Of a stretch of DNA of 64,000 nucleotides, positions 26,461 to 40,030 are shown one piece after another. The position numbers were made by a program, and so were the translations under genes. The stretch comes from Chiloscyllium plagiosum (Eukaryota): NCBI RefSeq assembly GCF_004010195.1, contig NC_057718.1:40192101-40256100 (forward strand). The letters run 5' to 3'. Each line of letters opens with the position of its first letter. Within the stretch, counting starts at the first letter, position 1. The notes beneath the pieces were generated by a model that saw only the letters and a program-made list of their open reading frames with translations, was not told the origin of the DNA and made no database searches.

Positions 26461-28184
26461 CTTGTATTTTTTACTGCTCTTTCAAATAAGAAATATGCAC
26501 GCTTAGGCAGCATGTAAGATAAAGCACACATTGGTCTACAGTATATTAAATTTTAAAAATAAGAATTTGACAACCTATATTCAATGTAGGCAATAGCACA
26601 CTCAGATGGCATTACAGTGTTACTGCAATTGCCCAACCAGCAATTGTTTATTCATTTACACAATACAATTTACTTCCAAATAAAAAATACCATTTAAAAA
26701 AAGTGCATTCTTTTGTACAATATTGCACAAATCAAGATAAGCTAAGGCCAGAGCTACATAATTGTGTTCTGATACATTTAATCCTCACAAAACTGACAAA
26801 CAGAAAAATGCCATAAATTAATTCTAATCACAAATCTCAAACTGCAAATAAAAGCTTAAAACGTACATGGGATATATGTTTAAAGACTGACCAGTACATT
26901 ATAGAATTACACAGCACAGAAGTCATTCAATCCATTTCATTATTTAGTCTTAGATGGCAAAAGGCACTCAAAATAGTAACTGACGCTTCTTAAACAATAC
27001 TGTACAGTGAGTATAACTGTACTCCTGTTACAGCTGAGAAACAGGAAGCTTGGCCCAACAAGTTCAAGTGTTGTTTATGTCCCCAAAAAACTCCTCCCAA
27101 AGGCTTTCATCTAAAGTCATTAACATACCCTCTTAGTTCTTTCTCCCTTGAATGCTTAAGTCACTTCCCCTTAAATGCATATACGCATCAGTAAATGCCA
27201 TTGTCATTTCTTCCCTCGGTTGTTTTGATGCATATGAATGCAATCCATACAGTCTACGCCCTTTATGTTTGATGAATTCAGTCATCCTATCCCTTTCAAT
27301 ACTAAACATCATTATGCCATTTTGTTTTGTATAATGTCATGTCCACCATCTAAAACTTTCTGGAAGTACTCAGTTATTGAATATTCCACTAAGACTTGAG
27401 GGTTTATTATGTACATCTTTAATTGGCCCCCTCTGATTTTCTTTTCTTCTTTATGATTGTAGAATACTTGCCTCTCTTTTAATTTTCCTTAGTAATTTAG
27501 TTTTGCTGTTACTCTTTGGCCTCCTAATTTGATTTTTGGCTTCTATCCTAACCTGGTCATACTCCTTTCGTTATCCTCCCCTTCATATTTATGCACACCT
27601 TTTCTCTTTATTTTAAAATTGAACTGGTATTTTGATTTCATTAATGAGTTTTTGCACTGCAGTTGCATGGGTTTCTCGTGGACTCTACTGATTTCAGTTT
27701 TAAATGTCTCTGATTATTTCCAATTTCATTCTCAGTAAGTTTTTATTTCTCAAATGTCTGTGGGACATGAGCATCACTAGTTGCCCTTGAGAAGGTGGTG
27801 ACGAGCTATTTTCTTGAACCGCCACAGTCCAACCTACTGTGGGTTGACCCGCAATGCCAATAGGGAGGGAATTCCAGGATTTTGACTCAGTGACAGTGAA
27901 GAAACGGTGATATATTTTCAAATCATGGCCATGAGAGGCTTGGAAGGGAACTCGAAGGTGGTGGTATTCCCATGTATCTACCACCCTTGTACATCTAGAT
28001 GGAAGTGGCCATAGGTTTGGAAGATGCTATCGGAAGATCTTTGGTGAATTTCTGCACTGCATCTTGTAGATAATACACACTGCTGCTGCATAGCATCAGT
28101 ACTGAAGGAGCAGATGTGGTGCCAATCAAGTGGGCTGCTGTGTCCTAGCTTCTTGAGTGTTGTTGGAGTTGCACTTACCCAGGC

Positions 28185-28960
28185 TGTAATGAAGCTGCTC
28201 CTTTATTAAAGTTATGCTGTCCTTTTTGCTTTTTTTCCAGAGGGTTTGTAAACAACACAGACTCTGAAACGTCTGGTTTGAAGATTTTTAGAGATAATTT
28301 GATAATAGCTAACAGATACTGCCTCAGGCAGGAGTCTTTCAAGTTTTAAAAAAATTTGGACAATAAAAGGAGAGTGGCCAGTCCTCCCAGTTCGGCTTTT
28401 CACTGGTTTGGTTTTTAATAGTACAGAGGAACCTCAATTATCTGGCCGAATTTCTGAATTTCAGATTATCCTCACAAGATGTCAAGGTCCCAATGCTTGA
28501 CTAAACTGTGTTATCTGGCATTCGATTATAACGAACAAAATACTTCCCGCCTGTGTTGTTTGGATAATCAATGTTCCTCTGTATTGGGGAAAAAGCTGCT
28601 GGATCCAAAGAAGCAGGTCCAGGCTGGGACTCTCTCTGACTTCTGTTCTGTAAGAACCTGTGTTTGATTTTACCCTTATTGCCAAGGGATGTGTATGGAC
28701 TTTGTTGAAAGTATTTGGAACAGCATCATTAAGTTGGAAGATTTGTTGGGTTTTCAGAGAGATTAAATTATTCTGTATTATGTTGTTTGCATTTCATTCA
28801 GTAATGTTGTGAATAAATTATGTTTTGTTTAGAACTAGTGCTTTGACCAGCGACATTTCTCCTGGAATATCCACTTTACACCTGGTTATAACACCTAGCA
28901 AAGTTAGGATCTGGACTACCTTCTTGAAATGTTCTGCGGGGTCTGGTCTGGTTCACAATA
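28185..28960. mobile_element. Probable solo LTR (4-bp TSD, Gypsy-like)
   Basis: Termini TGTAATG...CACAATA; TSD AGGC (28181-28184, 28961-28964); homologous end to end with 36181-37103. Confidence 0.65.
28424..28581. mobile_element. MITE of Tc1/mariner-pogo type
   Basis: TA-CAGAGGAACCTCAATTATC ... GATAATCAATGTTCCTCTG-TA: terminal inverted repeats with TA TSD; absent from the sister LTR. Confidence 0.75.
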
Positions 28961-30069
28961 AGGCAATAGGGCAGTATTCCATCACACCTCTGATTTGTGC
29001 CTTGTAGATGATGGACAGGCTTTGGGGAGTCAGGAGGTGAGTTACTCATTACAATATTCCTAGCCTCTGACTTGCTCTTGTACCCACTGTGTCATGTGGA
29101 GAGTTCAGTTGAATTCTTGGTCAACAGTAAACCCGATATTGATAGTGGGGATTTCTAAAACGGTAACACCATTGAATGTCATGGGACGGTGGTTAGACTG
29201 TCTCTGATTGGTAATGGTCAAAGCTTGACATTTGTATGGTGTGAACGTAGCTTGCCACTTGTCTGTCCAAGCCGGGATGCTGACCAGTCTTAGTGCATTT
29301 GAACATGGACTGCTTCAGTATCTGAGGGGTTGTGACTGATACTGAATATTGTGTAATCAGTGAACATCCCCACTTCTGACCTTAAGATGGAGGGAAAGTC
29401 ATTGGTGAAGCAGCTGAAGACCGTTGAGTCTAAGACACAATCCTGAGGAACTCCTGCAGAGATATCCCAGAACTGAGATGACTAACCTCCAACAACCATG
29501 ACTATCTTCCTATGTGCCAGGTATGACTCCAACCATTACAGAGTTGACCCCATGAAACCCAGTTTTGCTAGGACTCCTTGTTACCACACTCAGTCAAATG
29601 CAGCCTTAGTTGTCACTCTCAGCTGACCTCTGGAAGTCAGCTCTTTTGTCCATACTTGAACCATGGCTGTAATGAGGTCAGGAGCTGAGTGGTCCTATAC
29701 AGAATCTAAACTGGGCTTCACTGAGCAGGTTATTTCTGAGCAAGTGTGACTTGATAACACTGTTGATGACATCTTCCATCAATTTACTAATGATTGAGAA
29801 TATACTGTTGGAGATGTTTAATTGACTGGGTTGGATTTGTCCTGCTTTTTATATACAGGACATATCTGCATAATTTTTCACATTGTCGAATAGATGCCAG
29901 TGTTGTAACTTTCTGGAAGAGCTTGGTTAGGGAAGCATCAAGGCCAGCAGCACACAACTTCAGTATTGTTGCTGGAATGTTGTCAGGACCCTTAGCCTTT
30001 GCAGTATCCAGTGTCTCCAACTGTTTCTTGATATCACATGGAGTGAATTGAATTGGCTGAAGTAGGTAT

Positions 30070-30224
30070 TTAGGCGAGAATGAGGACTGCAGATGCTAGA
30101 GATTAGAGTCGCGAGTGTGGTGCCAGAAAAGTACAGCAGGTCAGGCAGAATCCGAGGAGCAGGAAAATCCTGCTCCTCAGATGCTGCCTGACCTGCTGTG
30201 CTTTTCCAGCACCACACTCTTGAA
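30070..30224. mobile_element. Fold-back Penelope-like tail remnant, hammerhead core deleted, inserted in a LINE
   Basis: Hairpin centred on GAGGAGCAGGA-AAA-TCCTGCTCCTC; TSD TGAAGTA(G/T)GTAT (30058-30069, 30225-30236). Confidence 0.72.
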
Positions 30225-30804
30225 TGAAGTATGTATCTGTAATGCTGGGAACCACTGGTGGAGGCCAAGATAGATCATCCACTCAGTATTTCTGGTTTGA
30301 AGATTGCGCAAAAACATCAGCCTTATCTTTTGCACTGATGTGCTAGATCCTTTGGTCATTAAAGATGAGGATCAGCCTTCTCCAATGAGTTATTTAATTG
30401 TTCACCACCATTAAGAGACAGATGATAGCACAGATATAAAGTTATGTCACCTTTGTAAGTTTTCATAAAAGAAAGATTAGAAACTCAGTTCAGATTCAGG
30501 GTAGGATGCAGAGATGTTACCAATGTTCCTTTTCACTCCTTTAAAGTCAGCTTTGCCTCTAATATGCATGCATTCATTTTAGTATTTGTCTTACTTTGCC
30601 TTCAAGAGGAGAAGAAATTTGGAAGGAAAATATACAATTATAGCTTCAGTAACTTCTAAAGTATGTTAAAACAAAGAAAGTTTTGGCCAGCTCAACAGAA
30701 AAAAATGACAATAGCTGATAACATGTAGTTAGAATTTTTACACGTTAATATATGGCAAAATTACAAGCATTACCAATTTAAGTTGTCATTAGAAAAGAAT
30801 TTAC

Positions 30805-30956
30805 CTGAGCTCTGTCCTTGATACTTGCAGTATCGATAAACCACTGTTTGCTGGCGCGTATAATTACTGGCTTCTTTGTTCTCCAGTCATACGGGTAACT
30901 GTGTCTTACGTTGTCCTCTTTCAATAACATGTTTGCTCCATGCAACATTTGAATGA
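30805..30956 (-). CDS. IARS2: IARS2 exon 11
   Basis: (V)[50 protein letters not shown]; 152 nt, phase 1-0. Confidence 0.97.
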
Positions 30957-32307
30957 CTAATGAAATTCAGAAATTAAAATCCATTAAGACTGTATAAAGA
31001 CTATCACCTATTTAGAAAACATGGCACAGTTTCCAAGGAAAATAAATTGAAAACTAAAGCAATGTTAATAATACTCATCATTATAACGACAAAACACTTG
31101 GTCAAATTAAGCTATGATGAATTAAATAATGGCAAGAGCATGCTTTACTATAGTTTATCCACATAAAGCAGTGGTATAACTCACAAGAAACTAGAATCTG
31201 CAATTACGTGGCAGCTAAAAAGCAACTCCACACCAGTGCAACTTCTCAACTGTATCTTAAATTTCACATTTCACTGAGCTGCTGGAATAAAGCTGATATC
31301 ATGATATGCTATGAGTTGCTTCAAACTAAACATATTATTTTGATTGCAGGTCTTCAATTGTTTTCAAGGACTGGTCAGTTTATAACACTTATTAATTTCC
31401 AACAGCACACCAAATAGAGAGTGATGCTTGCTGGCTCCGAAAATTAGAACAAATACAATTCTAAAAATTTTAACTATGTAAATATGCCAGTTAATGCTTC
31501 AATGTGCTTTCATACTTGGACAATTCATTACACAGAAATTTGTAATTATATCAAAGAAGAATTAAGCACAGATTGGGGATTGCCTTGCAGGAAGAGGAAT
31601 ACATCAAATCCAATAGCAATCTCTCTGAACAAAACTTGCACACTCATCCATCAGCTAGATGTCAGTCATCTGCCTTTCTCAGGATGGACACAATGGATGG
31701 TTGAACAAGACAAAGCAGTGAGAAAACAAAGCTAAATTAAAATCAGAATTAGGAGTTTTTGATTTTATTTTCACCAAATTTCTCCCTTCTACTCTTTCAG
31801 GATTTGATTTTTCCCTGATTTACTATTGTTGGCTTTATAATTACTAGGTAACATCAAACAGCTCAACCACATGGCTATTATTCATATGGCAAATCGCACC
31901 AAGAAGCACCAGCAGGATGTGCAATGACAGTGGACATTACACAATTTTCCTCATCTTTCTCCTTACATATCTACTCTTCAAAAGAGTGGTTGTTGGCCGT
32001 TAAATTACAATTTAGACAAACCAAACATTGTGCAATATTAATGAATGCGCTTTCTTAATCAAAATTCTTGCATAGGCATCAGAAGTATAATCTCCAATTG
32101 ATTTTGCCCTAAACAAAAGATATTAAAGCCACTTATTGTTTCTTCAACCACTTCAGCTGAGTTCAGCTAAGCAAATCTAAAGCAAGGATTAAATGTTGAA
32201 CATTACTCGTCACCACAATTCAGCTACTAACATCCAAACCCAATAAATCATTGGGAGAACAATCTAAACAAGATTTCCAAAAATTCTCCAGCAGAGGTAT
32301 TACTAAC

Positions 32308-32398
32308 CTGTTTCATTTCCTTCATTAAGGACATACTTGTTTTGAAGCTCTAATCCAGCCGCTTCAGTGAAAAAGCCATTTTCATCCACTAAACAGTC
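32308..32398 (-). CDS. IARS2: IARS2 exon 10
   Basis: [30 protein letters not shown]+G|gttagt; 91 nt. Confidence 0.95.
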
Positions 32399-33360
32399 CT
32401 AAATAGTGAAAACCAAACTAATTAAAACTGCAGCAATTGTGAATATAATGCACCATCCAGGACGAGACATGGCAAAATTTTCACCAATTATAGAGTGGGT
32501 AGACTGAAACTATTACCTTTGGTACCTGCCACAAATACGGTTTCTCAACTACTGACTTCAGCATCCCTCTAGATGACTATATGAGACTAGACGAGATTGG
32601 TTGGCACTTCCACATCCTACCTGAATCTGAACTCAGTCACCTTTTTTTTTAAAGACACAAAGATGACACAATTTTATGTGAATACTATTGTCTGCCCCCA
32701 CCAAGCCTCAATCCATCTGCAGCTGTAACCCTCATTCATGCTTTTATTACTTCCAGACTCGAAATACTTTCCCAACCAGAATCACATTCTCCACTCTTTG
32801 TAAACTTAAGCTTATCCAAATAGTATTCAGAAACTATTCCCTCCAATTGGAGAATCTAGTATGAAGAAAAAGGTCGAGTTAGGCCTTTCAGGAAAAAAAA
32901 TAGAAAACTCTGACACACAAAGGTTTGAAATGCGCTTCCACAAATGGGAGTAGATGCTAGATCAAGTGTAAATTTTAAGTTAGAAATGATTGCTTTTTGT
33001 TTACCAATATTATTAAAGAGATATGGGGCAACAGCAGAGAATATGAAGGCAGGTTTCAGTTCAGTCATGATTTCATTAAATGGCAGAACAAAATAGCAGG
33101 TTCAATGGATTAAATAGCCAGCTCCTGTCCCTATGCCATATTCTAATCCACAGCAACCTATTTACCCATTACCACTGCCCTTGCTGGCCTACACTAACTA
33201 TGTAAATAAAGGCTGTTGTTGTGGTATATACACTTCTCCCAACCTGACTTTAATCAATGCATTGTTGTTAGAATCACAGCGTTTAGGTGGTCACCATTTG
33301 GCTCATTATACATGTACTAGCATTATTAGGCATTTGAGTACATATTAATCTGTAACTTAC

Positions 33361-33530
33361 AACAGAGAGTTTGTGGTGGGAAGCAACACTGTAATCTTCC
33401 ATTCCATGAGCTGGGGCAGTATGGACCAATCCTGTCCCTTTAACCATTGTGACATGGTTCGCAGGCAAAAGCTGGGATTCCCTTCCAGGAATTACGGGAT
33501 GTCTACAGACTCCACCTTTTAAATCAGAAC
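33361..33530 (-). CDS. IARS2: IARS2 exon 9 (editing domain GTGLVH/APAHG motif)
   Basis: (G)[11 protein letters not shown]...[26 protein letters not shown]|gtaagt; 170 nt, phase 1-0. Confidence 0.97.
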
Positions 33531-34030
33531 CTATACCAGGAGAAGTAATAACATAACTGCATAAAGAGTTATGAAGGATTCAAAATGTATCAAACTCCAT
33601 ACAATGAAAGCCATTCTGTTTTTTGGTAGTAGATAATCTAATTTGATTTTAATATATAATGCAACTCATCTCTATATTCTATGCATAATGAGGAAAGGAA
33701 AAGAATTCAGCCACGTTCTCTCATCTGGTCATCAGTCAGCGAGCTCTGCTGAAAGCCGATTTATGTAGACTTCAAGGCTTGACTAGAATACTTCTCGAAA
33801 AGCCTCTTAATACATTCATTGTCCAGGCCTGTAAACTTGTCACCTGAACAAAGTCTTAGAAGTATATTCTTGCACATGAAACCATGGCCCAATAATAAAT
33901 CCAACATTTAGGACATAGATACAAAAGTAAAAATTGGAGATGGGATAGAATTTAGAAAACCTTATAAAGTGCTATAACTTTCAATGAAATAAAGAACAAC
34001 TCAAGATAAATCTACTTTAATTTCTCTTGC

Positions 34031-34146
34031 CTGTGACTGTCTGAAGAATTTCAAACTGAGCGTCCAGGATTGTTGCTGTAGATTCTACACATTCTGTACC
34101 TAGAAGGTAGAGTTCCTCTGTATTTAAGCACTTCACTAGAGAATAC
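34031..34146 (-). CDS. IARS2: IARS2 exon 8 (ends at a GC donor)
   Basis: (E)YSLVKCLNTEELYLLGTECVESTATILDAQFEILQTVT+G|gcaaga; 116 nt, phase 2-1, matches the phase of exon 9. Confidence 0.85.
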
Positions 34147-34897
34147 CTGCATTCAGAAACAGCGCAGCGTGTTAGGAATTGACTGACATTTTTAACTGCG
34201 GAATTTGATATCCAAATTTCACCATGATAAAACAAGAAAATGAGCTATCTTCCAGTTTTCGAATACAACTTGACAGTTACTAATGTCATCTGTACTGTGA
34301 GAAACCTCACCTTTACATGACAACAGTTAATTGTGTTAAACTACAAATTGTATGTTTCAAATGTACTGAAAATTGTAATACAGTATATTAAAATATCAAT
34401 GTTCAAGTTGCAAAGAAAAGTTATCATACTTTTAAAGCTATCATTTCTCAAGACAGTACAAAATGTTCATAGAAATCTTCAACTTCATTACACCAAAATC
34501 TACACATTCATTTCAACTTAAGGGAAAATTTTAGGGCTTTAGATTCTTCCCTGCCAAGTTACTTAATAGTGGTGGAAAGTATCTGTGGGTTCATGGTTAC
34601 ACTTTATTCAAAAGCTCCATTTGTGCGAAAACACAATAGTACCTTGGCTTAAAAATTTAAATCAATATCAGACATGGAACACAATAATTTCTTTCTCCTA
34701 AAGAAGCATCTTCTTCACAAAGAACTACAAAGTCAAACTGCATTCAGAGGATCAGGTCATTCAAAACTTAATTGATGTTTGATCAGACAATTTTGATTAC
34801 ATTTTGGACACTTCTTGGCTGGAGGTAAAAGCAAATAATGTCATTCAAGGAGGCACCTTATTCTAATGTGGAACTTATAAGTAACATCAGAACTTAC

Positions 34898-34988
34898 TCA
34901 GCATTTGGCATATAACAAACTGCCTGGTTAGCTGGAATTGTCCAAGGCTGGGTTGTCCAGATTAATGCATGAACAGAGGATGCATCCC
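34898..34988 (-). CDS. IARS2: IARS2 exon 7 (editing domain WTTxPWT motif)
   Basis: (G)[29 protein letters not shown]+GA|gtaagt; 91 nt, phase 1-2. Confidence 0.96.
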
Positions 34989-36180
34989 CTGAAAGATAAA
35001 ATAGTTATTTTCCAACTATTGCAAAGTAAAAAGACAAACTTTTTTTTACAACCTGACGTTCATATTATTGATGCATCAAGTCAAATATTACTTTTTTTAC
35101 TGAAAGCATCTTTCTGAAATCTATCAACTTATCAAATGCATTCTATTATTCTTCAGAGCTGTGGACATAACTGTCTTGTTGAAAGAAAACATAAAATAAC
35201 CTAAAGACATTAACCAATGAGCCCATACTTATCATATTTCACTTATTTCCATTAATCACATTAAGTAACTAGCACATATCTGTAAATAGAGTATCACAAG
35301 ATACTTGCCTCTTCCCATAAAACCATAAGTAGCAGGAACAAGAGTAGGCCATTCAGCCCCTTGAGCCTGCACCACCATTCAATAGAATCATGGCTGATTC
35401 AACATTCTTCATAGTCACTTTCCTGCATTTTCCCCTTAACCTTTGATTTCCCTACTTATCAAGAACCTATCAATCTTAGCCTGAAATATACACAAGGACA
35501 TTGCCCCACAGCTCCCTCTGGGTAGGACTTCCTTTTATTCTGGTCCTAAACACTAGGAGAACCATCCTCTCAGCAATTATCCTGTCAAGCCCCTTAAGAA
35601 TCCTATATGTTTCAATGAGATCACTTCCCATTCTTCTAAACTCCAGTGAGTAGAGTCCCAATCTGTTTCGCCTTTGCTCATAAGCTAATCCCCCCTCAGA
35701 CAAGGGAGCCTAGTGAACATTCTCTGAACTGTCTCCAATGAAATTACATCTTTCCCTAAATAAGGGACCAAAACTGCTAACAGTATTCCAGATGTGTAGT
35801 CTCACCAGCACCTTGTACAGTTGCTCTAAGACTTCCCTACTCTTATACTCTAACTTACTTGAAATAAGGGCCAACATTCCATTAGCCTTCCTGATTATCT
35901 GCTGCACCTGTGTGGTAGATTTATGTGTTTCAATTACAAGTAACCCCAGTCTCTTTGTGTTACAGCTTTCTGCAATTTTTGTCCATTTAAATTATATTCT
36001 GTTCTTTTGTTCTCCTTTCCAAAATGAACAATTTCATATTTTACCACATTATACTCTATTTGACACCTTTTCAATCACATACAAAACCTATCAATATCTC
36101 TCTGCAGACTGTTTGTATCCCTCTGACAACCTGACTTTCCATCTATTTTTGCATTGTCTGCAGATTTGGCAACAGTACAT

Positions 36181-37103
36181 TGTGATGATGCTGCCCCTTT
36201 TACAAGGTTATGTTGTCCTTGTTTTTTTTAAATCAAGCGGGGTTGTAAAGGCAGAGGTCCCTTTATGTCTGGAAATGCCTACTTTATAAACAATGGCAGG
36301 GGAGTGACCAATTCTCCCAGTTCAGTTTTTTTTTCCTAGTTTGGTTTAGTTTTAGCAAGCAATGAGAAACTGCTGGGGACCTAGAGGAGCAGCTGCAGTG
36401 AAAACAGGTTGCATGCTTCAACAGAGGTCTTGCCTAAACCTTCTCTCTGAAAACTGTCCTGCCGTAAGAACCTGGGTTGAATTTACCTTTAGCCAAGGGG
36501 TGTGTTTATGGGATGTTGCAGGAATTGGAACAGCGTTATTAAGCCAACCAACAAAATATCACCACTTATCAAGTAAGTTAAGTTATTCTAAATGCTGCTT
36601 TCTTTTGATCGTGGTTCATCCGAACAAAAAGAATTTACAGCCCAGGAACAGGCCCTTCGGCCCCCCAAGCCTGAGTCGATCCAAATGTACCGTCTAAACC
36701 TGTAATTCAATTCCTAAGCATTTGTATCCCTCTGCTCCCCACCTACTCATGCATTTGTCCAGACGCATCTTAAATGAATCTACCGTGCCTGCCTCTACCA
36801 CCTCTGCTGGCAATGCGTTCCAAACGTCCCCCACCCTCTGTGTGAAGTAGTTGCCACATGTATCCCCCTTAAACTTTCCACCTCTCACCTTGAAAGCATG
36901 ACCTCTTGTTATTGAATCTTTCACCCTGGGAAAAAACTTATCTCTATCAAATATGTTTAAATAAATTCTGTTTTGTTTGAAACAAAGTGGTTTGACCAGC
37001 TGCATCACTCCTGAAATATCTACTTTACATATCCTATAAAATAGGTTAGGTTCTGGGCTATCTTCTTAAAATGTTTTGAGGGGGTCTGACCTGGTCCATA
37101 ATA
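36181..37103. mobile_element. Probable solo LTR of the same family, containing a CR1 3' insertion (about 36622-36948, minus)
   Basis: Termini TGTGATG...CATAATA; TSD ACAT (36177-36180, 37104-37107). Confidence 0.65.
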
Positions 37104-37226
37104 ACATTCATTTCCTTATTCCAAGTCATTAATACATATTGTAAACTATTGGAGTCCCAGCACTGATCTCTGTGGAACACACTGGTTGTAGGTCACCAAC
37201 TTGAAAAATAAACTTTTATCTTCACT

Positions 37227-37434
37227 AAATAAAAACCGAAAGAACTGCGGATGCTGTAAATCAGAAACAAAACAGAAATTGCTAGAAAAGCTCAGCATCT
37301 GGCAGCATCTGAGAAGAGAAACTAGAGTTAACGTTTCGGGTCAAGGGACCCTTCCTCAGAAAGGTTAACTCTGATCTCTTTCCACGGATGCTGCCAGACC
37401 TGCTGAGTTTTTCCAGCAATTTCTGTTTTTGCCC
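37227..37434. mobile_element. Fold-back Penelope-like remnant inserted in a CR1
   Basis: Inverted arms around a hammerhead core; imperfect 12-bp TSD TTTATCTTCACT / TTTATCCCCACT (37215-37226, 37435-37446). Confidence 0.75.
37327..37361 (-). ncRNA. Minimal hammerhead motif with intact core and GUU triplet
   Basis: Minus strand TT-CTGAGGA-A-GGGTC-CCTT-GACCC-GAAAC-GTT-AAC; perfect 5-bp stem II; stem I truncated to 2 bp. Confidence 0.7.
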
Positions 37435-39841
37435 TTTATCCCCACTTGTTGTTTCCTGCCATTAGCCAATTGTCTGTCCATACCAATGTACTACCTCCAA
37501 ACACCATGGGCTCTTATCTTAAGACTTAACCTTTTGTGAGGTATCTGATTGAATGTCTCCTGGAAGACCAAATACAACACATCTATAGGTCCCCTTCTAT
37601 GCACTCTGATTCAGACTTCCTGGAAACATTCTAACAGACACGATTTCCCTTTCATGAAGCCAATCTGCCTCTGCTTGATTAGATTAAGGTTTGCCAAATA
37701 TTTTGCTATTACTTCCTTAAAATTGATTCTAATATTTTTCCAACGATAGATCTTAGGCTAACTGGCTTATAGTTAGTTGCATTTTGCCTCCCCTGCATTT
37801 TGAATAGGCTTGTCACATTAGCAGTTTTACAATTCTCTATCACTTCTCCAGAAACCAAGGATTTACAGCTAATGCATCCACTACTCTGCAGCTACCTATT
37901 TTAGAATTCGAGGATGCCAGGCATCAGATTCACGAGATTTATCTGCCTTTTGCCACAATACATCATCTAATACTACTGCTTTAATAATGGTGATGGCACT
38001 TAATTCTTCCCCTGTAGCCTTAATAATGCTCTTAATGGGATGCTCAAACTATCTTTAAAGACTGGTGTAAAATACTTGTTTAATTTCTGTCATTTCTTTG
38101 TTCCCCATAACCATCTCCTTAAATTCATTTTGTAAGGGGCTGAAGTTTACTTTTATCTCAATCTTCCTTTTATATATGTAAAGAAACTTAATGTCAGTTT
38201 TTATATTCCTCAACACTTTGTCCTCATAGTTTATTTTCTGTCTTTATTAACTTATGAGTTCATCTTTGCTGGATTCTGAACTTATTCCAGCATTTGGGGC
38301 TATCACTGACTTTGGACTCCTTATATACGTTTACTTTCAATTTAATATTCTCCTTAACTTCCAACGATGGTCATGGTTGATTTATCCCTCTCTTAGAATC
38401 TTGACGCCTTACTACTATTTTTGCTGAGAGTCACAAATTACCTTTTAAATCTCTGTCATTGCTTGCTTACTGTCAGTCCTAGTAATGTACCCACCTAGTT
38501 CATTTTAGCTGACTCTATCCTCACTTCATTATAATTCCCTTTATTTAAGTTAAACACAGTTGTTTCTGACCCAAGTTTCTCACTCTTGAACTGAATATTA
38601 AATTCTCCATTATGATCACTACTTCCAATGGTAACTTTTACTGTGTGTTCGTTTGTTAAACTTATTTTATCACCCATTACAAATTCAAGGTAGCCTGCTC
38701 CCTGGGTGGATCCATGAATAGTATTCTCAGAAACTATCCCTGCTGCTCTCTTATGAATTTGTAGTCATAGCTATCCTTCCCAATTTGATTAACCCAATCA
38801 CTATGAAGATTAAAGTCACCCATAATTATTGTTTTATTCTTTGTACATGCTCCTATTACTTGTTGATTTATCTCCTTTCCTACAGAGTGGCTGCTGTTTA
38901 AAGGTCTATTCCTACCAATGTTTTCTTTCCCTTGGTTTTTATTTAAAACCTGCACCCAAATTCATTCTACATTATGCAGGCCTAGATTGCGTCTCGCAAC
39001 TGTCCTCATTTTATCTCTCATTAATAGTGTTACCTCACTCTCTTTTCCATTATTCTTGTCTCTCTGTAAGGTCAAATGTCCTTGTATGTAAAGTTCTCAG
39101 TTTTAATCTCTATGTGGCCATGTTTCCATAATGGTTATAAGATCATATTCATTTACCTCAACCTGCGCAGTCAGTTCCTCTACTTTATTCCGAATGCTTT
39201 GTGCGTAAAGATACAAAGTCTTTAAATTTGTTCTGCTAGTGAATTTCCCTACACTTTTATGGGTGTTTGATGTGATGTGACAATCGCACATTCTGTCCCT
39301 TCTTTTTATTTTCTGATAATAATAAGCCCCATCACTAACGTGCATCCAACCTTCTCCTTTACTTTAGATTTTCTAATTTTCCATGCAACTGAACCCATCC
39401 ACTGTGCCCCTCCTTCCCTCCAAATACTTATATTTCCTTAGCAGAACCTCTTCCTCTTGTTGGTATCTAAGTGGACCACGACAACTGGATCTTTCCACTC
39501 CAACTCCAGATTTTTCTGCAGCTCAGGTCAGATATCCTGAAATTGGGTACCAGGCAGACAACACAGGCTTTTGGATACTTGATCCTGGCCACAGAGAACC
39601 ATGTTTATTCCTCTGACTATACTATGATTACAACCACATTTCTCTTTTCTCCACCAACTAAAACCAGCCCCCACCCTTACATGGCTCCCTATACCATGAT
39701 GCTATGGTGAGTTCTCCTCACACTGTTAATGGCACTATTTGGAAACAGAAGAAAATATATTTTAACTGCTGACAACTATTATGAATCTTTCTCAACAGGC
39801 GAAACTTCAGCTATAAGAAACAGCATCAGCACTATGTTCAT

Positions 39842-40030
39842 TATGTGCAACTCAAAGCAGTCAAACTCAATTTTGATTATGTTTAATATGTCTCACACAC
39901 TTCTCGGAGAAAGTGAGTCTGCAGATGCTGGAGATCAAAGTTGAAACTTTATTGCTGGAACAGCACTATGTGCAACTCAAAGCAGTCAAACTCAATTTTG
40001 ATTATGTTTAATATGTCTCACACACTTCTC
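39842..40030. repeat. 64-bp perfect direct repeat flanking a 55-bp Penelope-like tail fragment
   Basis: 39842-39905 is identical to 39967-40030; insert 39906-39960 GGAGAAAGTGAGTCTGCAGATGCTGGAGATCA resembles the termini at 44146 and 40778. Confidence 0.9.

Larger units (their letters stand above)
27750..30410 (-). mobile_element. Degenerate CR1/L2-group LINE hosting a solo LTR, a MITE and a Penelope-like hairpin
   Basis: LDTAKAKGPDNIPATILKLCA; reverse-complement similarity to 21690-23290. Confidence 0.75.
35320..39720 (-). mobile_element. Near full-length degenerate CR1 LINE (APE endonuclease to 3' UTR) in IARS2 intron 6, with nested inserts
   Basis: LYLYAQSIRNKVEEL..YDLITIMETW, IIMGDFN (endonuclease), KANGMLALI..LYKVLVR, RLGLYSLEFRRM (RT C-terminus); boundaries approximate. 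Confidence 0.8.

Noticed and set aside
35738..36289. 183-aa plus-strand ORF
   Set aside because: Antisense to decayed CR1 RT and runs into the solo LTR.
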